Shown here in pieces: positions 26,615 to 41,229 of a stretch of 64,000 nt of DNA. Position numbers and translations under genes: made by a program. The notes under the pieces are model-generated. The model was given only the letters and a program-made list of their open reading frames with translations. It searched no databases and had not been told where the DNA came from. The first letter of the stretch is position 1; each line of letters opens with the position of its first letter. The DNA is taken from the NCBI RefSeq assembly GCF_000181795.1, contig NW_003526946.1, positions 677,351 through 741,350 on the forward strand, given 5' to 3'. The DNA comes from Trichinella spiralis (taxonomy: Eukaryota).

Positions 26615-27986
26615 TCAGTTGGGCTGATTTGGCAGGAATACCAAATCTGAATCTATTTTTTCCCTATAAAAAGTGTATAGATGATCAGTATAACGCGCTG
26701 AAAAACAGAACACATTAGTGTTGTCCTTTGGAAAATCACAAAGGAGACTAGTCATTTGATCTTCGAATAAAAAAAATATTTCAGGAGCTTGCATGACAAC
26801 CAAAAATCGGCAATTGTCGAACATGGAGCAGTTTTCGTTGCGAAATTTCTGCAAACCCTCTGGAGTGCCAATGAGAACGTCGCATCCCAATTCTGGATGA
26901 CTTCCAACCAACTTCCAACACTCACTGGACATGGCACATCGGATGACCAAATCTGTGCAAATGGCCAAATCCAAACAGCGATGAAAAATTGCCGAAACAA
27001 AATTTGTCGACGGTGCAACAATCACTGCCTGGGGATTCATTTCACAGGATGTTGGCTGTTGGCCTTTTTCATTTTTTTGCTTCAATATCCAATTCAAAAT
27101 TGGCGCCAAAAATCCGACGAGCCTGCCGGAACCCCTTGGGAAATGAAACACGGCATTTCTTCCAGCACAAATAGCAGGCACGATGCAGCATTGCGCATCT
27201 GTCAAGATATGACAGTCCATAGATCTCAAGCCTTTCATTATCTGGGAGTGAAAGCAACAGTTCAAAAATGTTTGCAGCAAGCCATTATTGCGGATGTAGA
27301 TATCGTTCAGTGTCATACGGTAAACAGCAGTCTCAACAGTTTCATTTGAAAATTCAGACACGTCATCCCAAGAGGATGCCTTTTCTTTCAAATGGCATTC
27401 TGCTAGAAACGTACCAAAGAGATATCGAGTGTTCACCGAATTTCGATCAAAATCACTTACCATTGTCCGACTCTTCTGAACAATTGTCGTTGGAATCGAA
27501 ATCTAAAAACCCATTCAGACTGTAAAGAAATTTAACAAATTCACATCGTAAACGCCTACCTATATTACGAAATTCTACTATTGTTACTGGTATCTCACAA
27601 TTTTCATCACTGCCAAAACTGTTAACTTAAAAATGATTTTTTTAATAGCAATAATTCCAATTCCTATCAAAACTTACAACCGGGAACTCGAAGTGCCACC
27701 GCAGGTGCATGATTGGTATCCGATTCGCCTTCATCCCACGTACTATAACAATCTAAAAATAAAAATAGATTAAATTATTTTCAAATTCAAAATCTAATAA
27801 ATAAAACACAAAAAACAAAACAGGAGCAGAAAATGAACTAAGGAATTAAAAAGGAAACCTGGAAGTGACCAGCATAAATTTTGAGAATTCTCAGCATTCT
27901 CCTAAAATATAATCATGTTTATGCTCAAAAGTGATATGATCTAGAATGAAATAATAAAATACGCCAGTTTCTGTCGACAACCGCAT
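26615..27986 (-). CDS. Degenerate DEAD-box (Vasa/DDX3-like) pseudo-helicase, RecA1 domain only
   Basis: LTDAQ (Q motif), AGRNAVFHFPRGSGRL (motif I), PQAVIVAPSTNF (Ia), GCDVLIGTPEGL (Ib), RFLVVMQAP (position of DEAD) and FSAR (III), then a stop. Short 5' exons start at ATG 27986 (MRLSTETG...). Confidence 0.75.
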
Positions 27987-30900
27987 TTCTTCTGCGAACC
28001 AGTAAACGTACACGCTAAACAACGAACCAAACTAAAGTAAAAATAATAAATTTAAAGCTTTATTATTAAATTAGCGTTAAAAAGTTTTCAAAATTATATA
28101 GATATTGCTTTAAAAAAATCAAAGTGAAGATTTTTTGAAGAAGTTAAATGACCAGTACGTAGATAAATAAACATAAAACAGACCAAATATACAGAAATGA
28201 AACCTTAGACAAAAATTCCTTATTAATTTGAAACTAAAGTTACTTCAAAAATGTTTAAAAATTACAATATAAAAATTGATAACTAAAAGCAATTAAAACA
28301 GCTAAGTAAACATTACCTCAAAATAAACTACAGTAAATCTACTGTAAAGTTAAATAATGACTATCATTTAATATTTCATCCCAAAGCTAAAATTCATTAT
28401 AATAATTATATATATGTTATCTATAAATAAAGTAATAATCAAATTAAAAAAAGTAATTTTACCACAATTTTACAAATTATTGTTCATATAATCTACAAAA
28501 TAAATAAATGCAAGTTCATTTAAGCTTTTTGTTAATTTATGTACATCAGATTGTAACTTCAACTCGTAAAAAATAAAATCAGCAATACAGAATCAAAATA
28601 AAGTAAAAAAAAGCAAATTATATAATCAAAGCAAGAACGGAAACTGCTTATCATAATTTTAATTAAGAACTTACTGACCATTTTTCTGCAGCTATTCAGT
28701 TGCTCATCATTTCCATCTTATTTTAGCTGAGAAATGAATTTAGCAGTTTAAACATGAGATCAATGGAGCGTAAAATGCGCTCATGTGCACAGATTCCATA
28801 TGTTGATGTGATTGTAAATCAACGCTTTACGAATAGTTTTTTTTTGAATAGTACAAATAGTGCTTTCCTGTAATTCAGCATGGATCGTTGATCCAAAAAT
28901 TCCATCAAAATAACGATCAAGTCCTAAATTGATACAATGGATAACAGCCTGAAGTTCATATTACAAAAATAAACGACGGATTAACTCAAAAACACATTTC
29001 TAATGTTGCATTATATTTTTTTGTAAAATTATTCCGTTTAAAAAAATTCAGCATTTTCAAAAAGTTATTGCAACATTATGTTACAATCTTTAGTATTAAG
29101 CTAATATTTAGAATTTTAAAATTCATTTAATGCAAGTGTTTTTTAATTTAAACAAATAATAGCTATTAGTAACCTATACCAGACAAATATTAGTACAGTC
29201 AATGACGATGGATGATAAATAACATTTAAAAATTTTCATTCAAATATCTCATTCTTCAGTTCTCAATATCTCATACAAATTAACATAAAGCATTGGAAAC
29301 TTTGTTTTTAAAATGCTAAACGTGCATTTGTTGATCGCGTGCTACAAATTCACCTGCAATATTCCTCAGGTTACAATCAGGAATTTGGTTTCATAATATT
29401 TGCTATTATTACTATTTTGACAGCGAAAAAATATTTTTATCATAAAATAAATTTGATGATTTTTTGAAAAAAAACTGAACAGCACAAAATGTGAAATGAA
29501 TCAAATGAGATAATAAACATGTCAACAAATTTATTTAATTTATTACTGCAGAAAACGTACAAAAGTCAAAACGGCTTTTAAAAAATCAGTATTTAGAAGC
29601 CCAGAAAATAATTTCCAAATGTGCAAAAGTTGCAGTGGCATTATTGAAATAATTATAACGATTTTCCGACTTTGTTGAGAAAATTTTTCTTTGAGTTGCA
29701 GTTGCACTCTCTTCCTCCTTCTGTTCTGTAGCTTGCTTAACTATTAGTCTGTGCATTTTTGCTATTGCCATCTCAGTACTATCGTAATTCACAGTACTGT
29801 AATAAGCTTTGTTCTTAGAAGATACAAAACCACACAGAAATATGAAAAAATAAAGATGACTCCAATCACTAGAGATATCTCTAGTGGTGTTCGATAACAA
29901 ATTATTGAAAAACTCTTTTCGTCGCTTGCTAGGATTTATATGCCGTCTTCAGATCTTGTGCATCTCGCATAGTCTTTGCATATTATGGCCTGGCACTCTG
30001 CTTCCGTGAAATAAATGTGCCCTGCCTACATGGTGACATTGTTATAATCTGTTACTCCGACGTTGCGTTGCATTATAATAACAATTGATCTGAAACCTTC
30101 TGTGTAAAATCAGAAAAATTTGAAATCAGATTTAATGTACAATTTGAAAGACAAGTCAATAATAAACAAATTCAAATAATATTAGTAATTCAGTCGTTTT
30201 CTAACGCGAGCAAATTAGTAATTTGTAAACAATTTATGATAATTATTTGATAAAGATTGTTTTGAAAATAACATTTTCCCGATTGCCTTTCATTCGAAAT
30301 TAATTTCTTTAACTCATAAGCAATGCTTTATTTTTATATTCATGCGCAGTTTTTATTTCTATTAAAATCGACTATATTGCACTACGTTATAAAATAAGTG
30401 AAACAATCGATTAAAATTATTATTCATAATGAAATGAATATATTTCATCACATTTTTTTTCATGATGCGATGTTTTCTTATTTGATTAAATTTTATTTTA
30501 CTAAAATCATTTATTTTATTAACAATAATTTTCAAAAAGGGAAAGTACAACGACGACAGAGCATTTTACTGACATAATAGTCAAGCGTATTTATAAGAAC
30601 TAATAAAATAAACTCCAAAATAGCTGATCAGAATGGAACAGTGCATACTAAGTGCCAAGGTGAAAGTCAGAATGAAATTTTGTCGCTTTTACAACGTATT
30701 TTTTTAATTAAAAATACTTTTAAGTTCAACATGAATGATTAGGCAGTAATACATGTTTACAGAAAGTTTATATTATTATTAACATGCATATATGCAAACA
30801 TAATGTTACAATTATTATAAAGAACCAATACATGTGATTGTTAGATATGTGGTATTGAGCATTGAATGACGATGATTAAAGTAAGATTAAGTAAAATTGC

Positions 30901-31278
30901 TGCATCTATTTTATTAGTGATAGTTTACATATTTATGTTTAATAAAATTAGACATATAATTTCATTTACGTTTCATTATGCATGTAATTGTTCTTGAATG
31001 TATTTATTTACTGTACTCTAAATTAGAGCATGAAATTTGTTTAATCAAACAATGTTGCCTCGTTTTATTTTAATTGTTTGTGCGAATGAGTTATTACTTT
31101 CAAATTTATTGTCTATTTGTTTTTATATTTTTGGCATGCTTTCAAACTTGTTGTAAATGAATATTGGTTGGACGTGATGTTAAATAAACATTGTGTGTGT
31201 TTTCTGTCATGATTTATTTGACATTTTTCAGGTGTTGAAAATATATACTTAAATAGTAATCGTCATCACACTTTTACC

Positions 31279-33372
31279 ATGGCTGCCACTCGTGAACTGG
31301 CTTTAATGCTGGATGAGTTGATGGGCCCTCATCGAAATGCTTTGACATCAGACGCCAAAAAACTATTGTCTTTTGATGATCCAGAGGTAAATTAACAAAT
31401 ATGAGAAATATGAATTTATTTTTCCTCCATAATGGAACTTCACCAACAGTGTACTATTTGATATTGTTAAAGAATCTTTTGTTTAATTTTGTGTTCAGGT
31501 TTGGCAATTTGCTACTTGAATTTTGCAAACATGATGGATGAGGCAACAAAGCGCGTATCAGCTTAACTCAGCCATACTTCACTAGTTATTGTTTCCGTAT
31601 TGGAAGCAATTTTCATGTAGTTTCAGCAGAACTGAAAGGCAGAATTTTTTTGTTTTATATACTCTTTTTCTATGATTTTTTATTTTTCAAACTAAATTCA
31701 TTGTTAAGAGTAAATGAAAAAATGCTAAATGAAGACATGTTGCTATAAATATGGATGTTGTTAGAAATTGAAGAATATGTATATGCTTTTAATGTACACT
31801 GTTTTGCATATTTGTGAGGTTATTTTAATAGTTTCTTTTTTGAGATTATAAGATAAATTTTGCTTGAAATATACAATATTTGAATTGATTTTAGGTTTGC
31901 AAACATTATTTGGTCGATTTTTGTCCATCTGATTTGTTCACGAATACCAAAGCCGATTTAGGTGATTTTTGTTTTTTAATACATGTATTATATTGATTGA
32001 ATTAGATTTGAAGATTGAAAATTTTTTTACATTAAGGTCATTGTAATCGAATTCATTGTGAAAAATTGAAAGAAAAGTATCGTACGAGTAGTCGATTTCG
32101 AAAATGCGGATATGAGCAAGCATTTCTGGATTACTTGTTGCAATTGCAAGCAGATATTGATCGGAAAATACGTAGAAACAAAGAACGATTGGAACTTACA
32201 CAACCTGGTGGCAAGGTTATTTTGCAAATGATATTTTTGTATTGTTTACTGTTGTCGTTGTTTATTATTTTGTTGTTGTTGTTGTTGTTGTTTTTAGCAA
32301 ATCGACTCTACAAAACATCGCAACGACGAAAAGTTTCGAATTTTGAGTGAAAAAGTGGCCGCTTTGCATGCACAAGCAGAACAGCTTGGTGCTGAGGGTA
32401 AAGTTGAAGAAGCGCAGAGCGTTGTGAAAATGGCCGAAGATTTGGCCAACGAACTTGATCAAGTGACGAAAGTTGGTTTGCTTGTTGTCGTTTACTGCAA
32501 TCGGATATTATTAATATCAGTGATATAAGCGGAGAGCACGTTGGCTTTTCAGGAAATTGAACAACAACTACCAGCGACTGAAATGAAATTGATGGAAGTG
32601 TGCGATACGTGCGGCTGTTTTCTGATCGTTGGAGACAGTCTACATAGACTTGAAGAACACTTGACCGGCAAGCAGCATGTTGGCTACGCGAAAATTAAAG
32701 AAACGATCGACATGATGCAGGTGCGTTGGATTGAATCAATCAATCAATTGCTTCTATATGATTTATCTTTTTGTTTTCTTTAGAAATTGCCCAACAGTGG
32801 ACAACGAAGTGGACGGCGTACATACACAAATTCTAATGATTCCGAAAGGCGAAATCGTCTGGATACAAGCGAATACGGAAAACAGTAAGTGTTAGTATTG
32901 GAGAAAATAAGAAAATTACAGATTGAAATTGTTTTTTTTATCCAGTTACATGCTTGCATATTAAATTGCCTTATAAGGGAGTGACGAAAATTACTCGCCT
33001 GTTGTTTTTCAGTCGTTCTGGTTCAGGATTACGGTACCGGCGCAGGAGTCGATCAGTATCACGGGGTCGGCATGACTGGTCAACGTTACGTAATAATAAG
33101 GGTGGAATAAGCCGACATAGGTTGTACAGTGGCAGTCGTTCCAGGAAGGAGTCTCGTGGTCAAGAAAAATCCCGTCATACAAGAGAAGATGTTTCACCTG
33201 ATTTGCCATTGAAGAAAGATCGTCATGCTGATCAACAACATCTTTTGGGAAAATTTGATCCAACAGTGGCAGGTTTGGATGATTTATTAATTTTCTACAA
33301 CATTGACCATCAGTATAGTAATTGTTGATTGACTTGAGCTTTTCAGCATCAAATGGCAATCACTCGACATAA
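31279..33372 (+). CDS. LUC7L3: LUC7-like 3 (CROP) U1 snRNP-associated splicing factor
   Basis: MLDELMGPHRN...VCKHYLVDFCPSDLFTNTKADLGHCNRIH (zinc finger 1), SSRFRKCGYE, MEVCDTCGCFLIVGD...EHLTGKQHVGYAKIK (zinc finger 2) and an RS-rich tail. The last exon ends ASNGNHST* at 33372. Confidence 0.92.
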
Positions 33373-33582
33373 GAAAGACCAACTTATGCAATTGTGAAAT
33401 GATAAAGCGGCAGGACAACTGTATTTACTTGGTGTGATTTGTACCAATTGAAAGATCACACTGAAAAATTTACGCGTTTTTTTTTGTTTCTTACAAAATG
33501 TTCATTTCACTGCAAACTTAATTTATTGTAATTTATTCAAAAAGAAGCAATCGTGGAAAAATAAATTCTTTCGTTCTGTTTT

Positions 33583-35275
33583 TCATACGTCGGTGATTTT
33601 TACATCGCATGTTTGTCTTGGTGTAGCATGTTTGATGTCGAGCTGTGGATGTCCATCGTGCGCGGTGTTGAATTGCATTTTTGAAATTCGATTGTAGTCT
33701 TGCTTTGGAGGATAATTTTTCGAAAATTTCTCCAATTTTTCAAATTTCCATTGCTCATTCCGACAACTTTGCATCGGTTGTATGTCGCTTCTTCGTTTTA
33801 ATTCCTCTTGCTTGGACCATTTCAGCGGCGTTGGTTGCGAAAAACCGTTTGATTGCTGCAAATTGTGAACGCTGTGACAATGCCGACCATTTTTTTGCTA
33901 TTTAAATTTCCAAAATCCATACTCACCAGTTGTGAACCATAACCCGGCGGTTCGTCTTGTTCCACTGTTTTTTTCAATTTCGCATTTTCGCTTGTTGCCA
34001 ATCGGTGTTTGATGCTGTAGTCGATGGAAGTGGGCAAGAGTGGAGTCAGCTTGTAGAAACACTTGTACGCCATTTGTAGCAACAATTTTGCAGAACTGCC
34101 ATCAATGGCGACTAGAGAGAACCAAGTTTGAATTTTGTTCACGATTTTTTCCGACTTGTCGCTGCTCAGCTCGAAGATATGTCCATTTTGTAGTTGAAAA
34201 GCAAAACAACACTCTCCATCGGCTAACCTGCGATCGAAATCATTCTGATTATAAATTAATGCAAATTTATAATCTCTTTTTGATCTTACCACGCGAACTG
34301 TTTGCATGGAAATAATTGTAAATGAATGGTCATTTCTTGCAAAAAGAGACAGAGCGAATCATTTTCGACAAACAACAAATATTTTCCCGGTTGATGATTT
34401 GAACTCGTCGAATGGCACAATTGCACTTGGAAAGCTTCTTTTCCATTCAAAGCTTAAAAACATCAATTTTATTGACTTTTTTATTTTTCAAGGAAGAAAT
34501 TGGAGAAATGAAAAAAACCCTTTGAAATGGCATACGGTAAACTGTTGAAAAAATAAAATCAAGTTACGCGTGTTTTTTTTTGTTCAAAATACAACTGCTG
34601 AAATGGATTAATTGGTGATTTTTCTTTTTTTTACCTTGCAAAATTTCTTTCATGAATCCATATTTTTCACTTTTCAGTATATTTTGATTGACAAGAAGTG
34701 AATTGTCCAAATTTGCATCTTTAAATGCTACATAGCACATGGTGTTTCTCCAGTACTGGAATTGGAAAAAAAAAGATAAATTTTTTTTGATTTCATTTTA
34801 TAATTTTACTCGCAGTTAATTGTATCACAATAATGATAAAATTAAAAATTGAACGAAAAACAAAACAGCCTACTTCTAAATTTCCATCATGAGTGCAGGT
34901 AAATTCCAGTTTATTCTTTATTAAATAAACAGTAAGAATGGATGGTGCGAATTTTTCATCGCTTTTTGTCAACTGGATGGCTACGCATTCTGCAAGTGGA
35001 ATCAGGCAAATCATTTTACCGAGCTGAACATCATCTTCATTGTGGTATATTTCCAGTCTGTCATTGCCGTTGCAACTTTTCCCACAAAGCACTACATAAA
35101 CTTTATTCCATCTCTGGGATATAATATGCAAAATTATATGAACAACAACAACAACACCAGGATGCAAGAGAATATTTTGAATAATAGAAATTTTACTCAC
35201 TTTCGAAAGGAAAATTTTTTCTTTTAAATATAAATAACCTTCGTGAAGAATACTTTCTCGCTCAGCGGCAAACAT
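33583..35275 (-). CDS. PH-domain adaptor protein, DOK-like (PH plus possible PTB-like domain)
   Basis: HEGYLYLKEKIFLSK-RWNKVYVVLCGKSCNGNDRLEIY...IPLAECVAI...WRNTMCYVAF resembles the DOK-family PH domain. The downstream CFAFQLQNGHIFELSS segment is only weakly PTB-like. Confidence 0.6.
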
Positions 35276-36054
35276 CCCAATGAATGAATGACATTAAAAC
35301 TAAATGCAAACTGTTTATTCACAATGTGAAAGTTTGCCAGTATCACCAAGTGACTGACTGGTAAACAAAATTGTCCACCTTGGTTGTTGTTGTTGTTGTC
35401 GATGTTCTACAATCAAGAATGCATCTTTTGCTAACTGGGTAAACAATCAGCTTTGAAAACCATCCCCAACAGTAAAGCATTAGCGTTCAAATTATTTTCC
35501 ACGACAATGCTAGCCGAAGAAAAAATGCCACTTTTTAACATTTAATTAACAGTTTACTTTTAACAATAGGCCTTTTTTAAATTTCATCCTCATGAGTTGT
35601 TCAATATTTTTCTACTTTTTTTTGTTCATCTAATTTACATAAACTGCAGTCGTGAACTTCGTCATTATCTACATTTCAATGTCACTTTTTATTCTGTACA
35701 TAGTAGGAAGTCATTATCGACAGTTGGAAAAACACATCAATGACACACTCGATGCATAATATACATTTTAATCTTGAAATAAAAAAAACTGCTCAATAAA
35801 ACTGACATTCAAAATTAGAATAAAAATAAATTTACGTTCACTAATAATTAATTCCATGTCTATCTAATCACGGAAAATTTATGAGAAAAAGATATTTACA
35901 GCATTTGATACCCAAATTCAATATGTTCAGTTTATAAAAAGTTGCATTTGTTGCATCATTTTCCTTTTTCGTAAACATTAAATTTTATACATAGAATGTG
36001 CTTTGACCGTGAGAAAAATTTCATATTTTGGATCATACTTGTGCAAGCATATAA

Positions 36055-36074
36055 CACACACACACACACACACA
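36055..36074. repeat. (CA)n microsatellite
   Basis: About 10 CA units. Confidence 0.85.
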
Positions 36075-37808
36075 TTTATATGCACAACATATAACACATA
36101 TATTTAAACTGTGCATGTCGTGAAATTTCAAAATTAACCATTACAAATAATGCCTGCTTTGCACTATGGTAATACATCATGATGATGTACTGTAATGAAC
36201 TGTTAGAACGTTTCTACGCTAAAACAAGTTTTATAATTTATCAAAAATATGACTCTGAAGATTAAATTTATTTCTCAAATTTTGTGATTCTTAAAATTTA
36301 TGTAAAAACAACAACTGTGATGCTCTTTTTTTGAAAATTTTGAAATTTACACCTAGCACGTGTGAAAAGTTTCCTCTTTGTTTTGCTAATTACTGCTGAA
36401 AATGATCGACTTTATCAATCAACTGCCTTAGATACTGCGTTGCTTTGATAATAATTTGCAGATTGCTGACTTTTTAAATCTAAATTTCATATCATAATTC
36501 AACAATTTATCATTTTTCGTAAAATATTAGCCGTATTATTAATCAAAAGCTATTTGATGAAGCAAATGCTAATATTATGCAATGTGTTTCCCATAAATTT
36601 TATTCTCTTTCCGTGCCTAAGAGTCGAGTTCGAGTAAGCTGTAAAGTCATGGGCACAAAATTTGACTGAATCTACTAATTAAATACTTACACTCAATGGT
36701 TTATATACAATCATTAAGCGGCTCGTCGTTTGCATTCTGCTATCTGACGTTTTACACAGAATGAGACATTTTCAATAGTTTATTCTTGTTTTGTACTTTC
36801 TGCGACACTTCTGAATAATTTATTAAACTGATTTGCAGTCATAGCTAATATTAATTTCATTCAAATATACTAATTTAAAGAAAATTATTCAACTAATTAT
36901 TAACTTTAATTACTTATTTTAAAATATAAAAAACTAAAGTTGACTGACAAAAAAGATTTTTGCAAAAAGTTAATATTTTTAAAATGAGCCATAATTGACA
37001 ACTGACTACGGCAATATAAAACCGAGCGAATCAATTAAAATGAGAATATAGCTGAAACGGAAGTAGCATCAGCTGAACAAAGTCGAACCAATCACCGTGC
37101 GAGAAATTGGGTAACTCAAAGCTGAGGGGCAGTAAATGGGCAAGGTCCTGTTGTATTGTTTTTATGCATACATTTCTAGAAAAGATAAATTGATAAATAT
37201 TAATATACTCAAATAGTGAAAAATATATGAATAAATAATATAAAATTATTGCCCACCACATATCGGTCATTATTAAAAACTATATTTAAACATGCTTTTC
37301 TTTTTTACTGTCACAGTTATTCAATCTATTTTGCTGCTTTGGTTGACAAGTATTATCAGTATTGAGTTCTGTATTTCCTCATCTGGACAAGACTGTAACT
37401 TATAAAGGTATCTTTTACTTGAAAATGAACTTTATTAAGCAATAATAATTTTTACATAGTTTTTAAATTTCACATGAATTTTATTGGATAATTTAGTTTT
37501 CTATATGTACACAATTATTTTACATTTGTTTGCATTTTTACTGAATTTTTAAATAGTTATATATAATTCTAACCTATTAATTTTGTGGCCATATATTTAT
37601 TTTGTATAATGTATTTTAATGTGACTTTATATTTTAAATAGTTTATTCAGTATTTAAAATACGAAGGCTTTTTAAAGTTCACGAATGTTTTAATTGTTCT
37701 GTTGGGAATTGTTTATTTATGTGCATTGCTTGATTTTGTAAAGTATTTTAGGTTTTTGGAAATTTTCAGAGAAATAATACATTTTAATATTTTTTTTGTT
37801 TGAGAATA

Positions 37809-39233
<1,425 letters not shown>

Positions 39234-39539
39234 AAAGTGTAGATTAACTATTTGGCGTGGCTATGTATTCACAAGTTTCACATACAAGCATTCATTATGT
39301 GATTATGAATAAAAAATCTTTTTTATCATCAAACGCAATTAATAACGTTATCATTATGCAAATATCTGCAAATATTCAAATAAAAAATTATTTATTCAAC
39401 CTTTCGAAGTATATCTAGTCAAGAGAAATAAATCATTTTCACTTAAAACATACAAACATTCGAAATAGCTCCCGTTTAATTAAAACAAAAACTGATTAAC
39501 TGCTGAGACGATATCCGAACTGATCATGTAAAAGTAATA

Positions 39540-40881
39540 TTATGCAGGATGAACAGACTGTAAACGCGTCTGGATATATGAATTAAAGACACCTTCCTCT
39601 TCATTCATCAGGCGCATGCGTCGATAACCCAATTCACGGTACTGTTCAACATGATCTCGATATCTGTTGTATCCAATAGCTACAATATTTTGAAATTAGT
39701 CACTAGCAACAAATTAAATAACCAAACAAAACTACTCACAATTTTTATTTACACAAACGAAATAATCTTCATACTCTTCTGGTAACCAGTGATCCATCGG
39801 TGGAAATTTGGCAATCTTATTTAGCTGTACAGAAATAAAAATGAATAATTTCAATTGCATTACATAGCATGAAAAATAAAACTTTGCAAGTTGCACACTA
39901 TTCTGAAGCATAGTAAACAATTAAATAAACAAATGAATAGATTCAAAAATTTTAGTGAAGGAAAATAATTACTTCTTTCTCGCATTCCTGGATAATGCTT
40001 TCATTTGCTTTAATAAACGCATCTAATCGTGTCATCTAAAACGCAAAAACAAAAGCATATTATAGCATAACAATTTTTTCTACTTCTCGTTTCTCTTCTT
40101 CATTAAGTTTTTTCAGCAAATCTTCTGGCTCTTTCATAGGAACAATATGAAGTGCTTTGAACTGCAAAATAAAAAGTAAAATTTCAAATTTTCAAAATAA
40201 TAATGTATACAATTTATCGATTTATACCAATAGTATTTTAGAGCTCTACTAAATATTAAAAAAATAGTGACAGCTAATCTTAACATGCTCCACAATTGTT
40301 CGGTTGAGTTAAACTAAGACACTTTTGCGCCTCACCTTCTTTAAGATATAAGACTGTTGGACATTACATTATCAAATTTATCACTTTAAATGTAAATCCC
40401 AAATTACAAAAACAATTTCTAATTAAAATTACTTCCAGAATTAAAAAGAATAAAGCAAAAACTTCTTCAAGTAGTTCAGACAAATTTATTCTAAAACATA
40501 CTATCAAGATAAAATTATATCAGGGTAAAGACGAATCAATTCTACATTGACAAAAATCGGTTGTTAAAACTTTAAATTTTATCATCTTTAAACATTCTTA
40601 AAAAATTCACCTGCTTCTCAAACTCGGTAACATCATAAAAACCAGCCGTCTTTTCTTTATAATAATTCCAATCAATCTCAGGCAATTTTTCCGGTAATGA
40701 AGCAACTCTAAACAATAATTTATGAATCATAATAAAAAACTTAAACAAGAACGTAATACTTATTGGTAGTTTCAAAAAAAAGTGATTTGAATGTGTCAAA
40801 TTTGGAACGATCTTTCTCCAAAACTAATTTTGCATACTTATTCCAGTCAATGGCTGTACGGGTTAATCGCTTGGTAGCCAT
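39540..40881 (-). CDS. atp-5: Mitochondrial ATP synthase subunit d
   Basis: MATKRLTRTAIDWNKY...RVASLPEKLPEIDWNYYK...VTEFEKQFKAL...LNKIAKFPPMDHWLPEEYEDYF matches the ATP5H/ATP5PD pattern. Confidence 0.88.
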
Positions 40882-41229
40882 TAGAAGTTTTCACTTCGAA
40901 GCAACTGCAAAATAGTGAGTTGTTACAGAAAATTAAGTGTTTAAATGCAACTTAAAAGCCAGATTTAAACAACTTTTTCATATCAGATTAAAAAAGCATG
41001 TTAAAATAAAATTACGTACATTCACTATAGTATTCCAATTACACTGAATGTTTTGGATACAGTATATCGTAAATAAATGCAGGTTACCTATTATTTATAC
41101 TTTATTAGTTTAACGATAATAATTTGAACTGTAAAAAAACACTTGAAACCAGCATGCTGATATATATCATATGAAAAGCTCATGCAATGACTATAATCAC
41201 AAAAAATAAATAATATAATAACATTAATG

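Noticed and set aside
29586..30110. ORF 29586..29900 and the adjacent GC-richer patch
   Set aside because: No ATG start, no recognisable domain, and no consistent exon chain.
31618..31635. C/D snoRNA guide to 18S rRNA (AGTTTCAGC against GCUGAAACU)
   Set aside because: Only 9 nt of complementarity, not adjacent to the D box, and the C box is imperfect.
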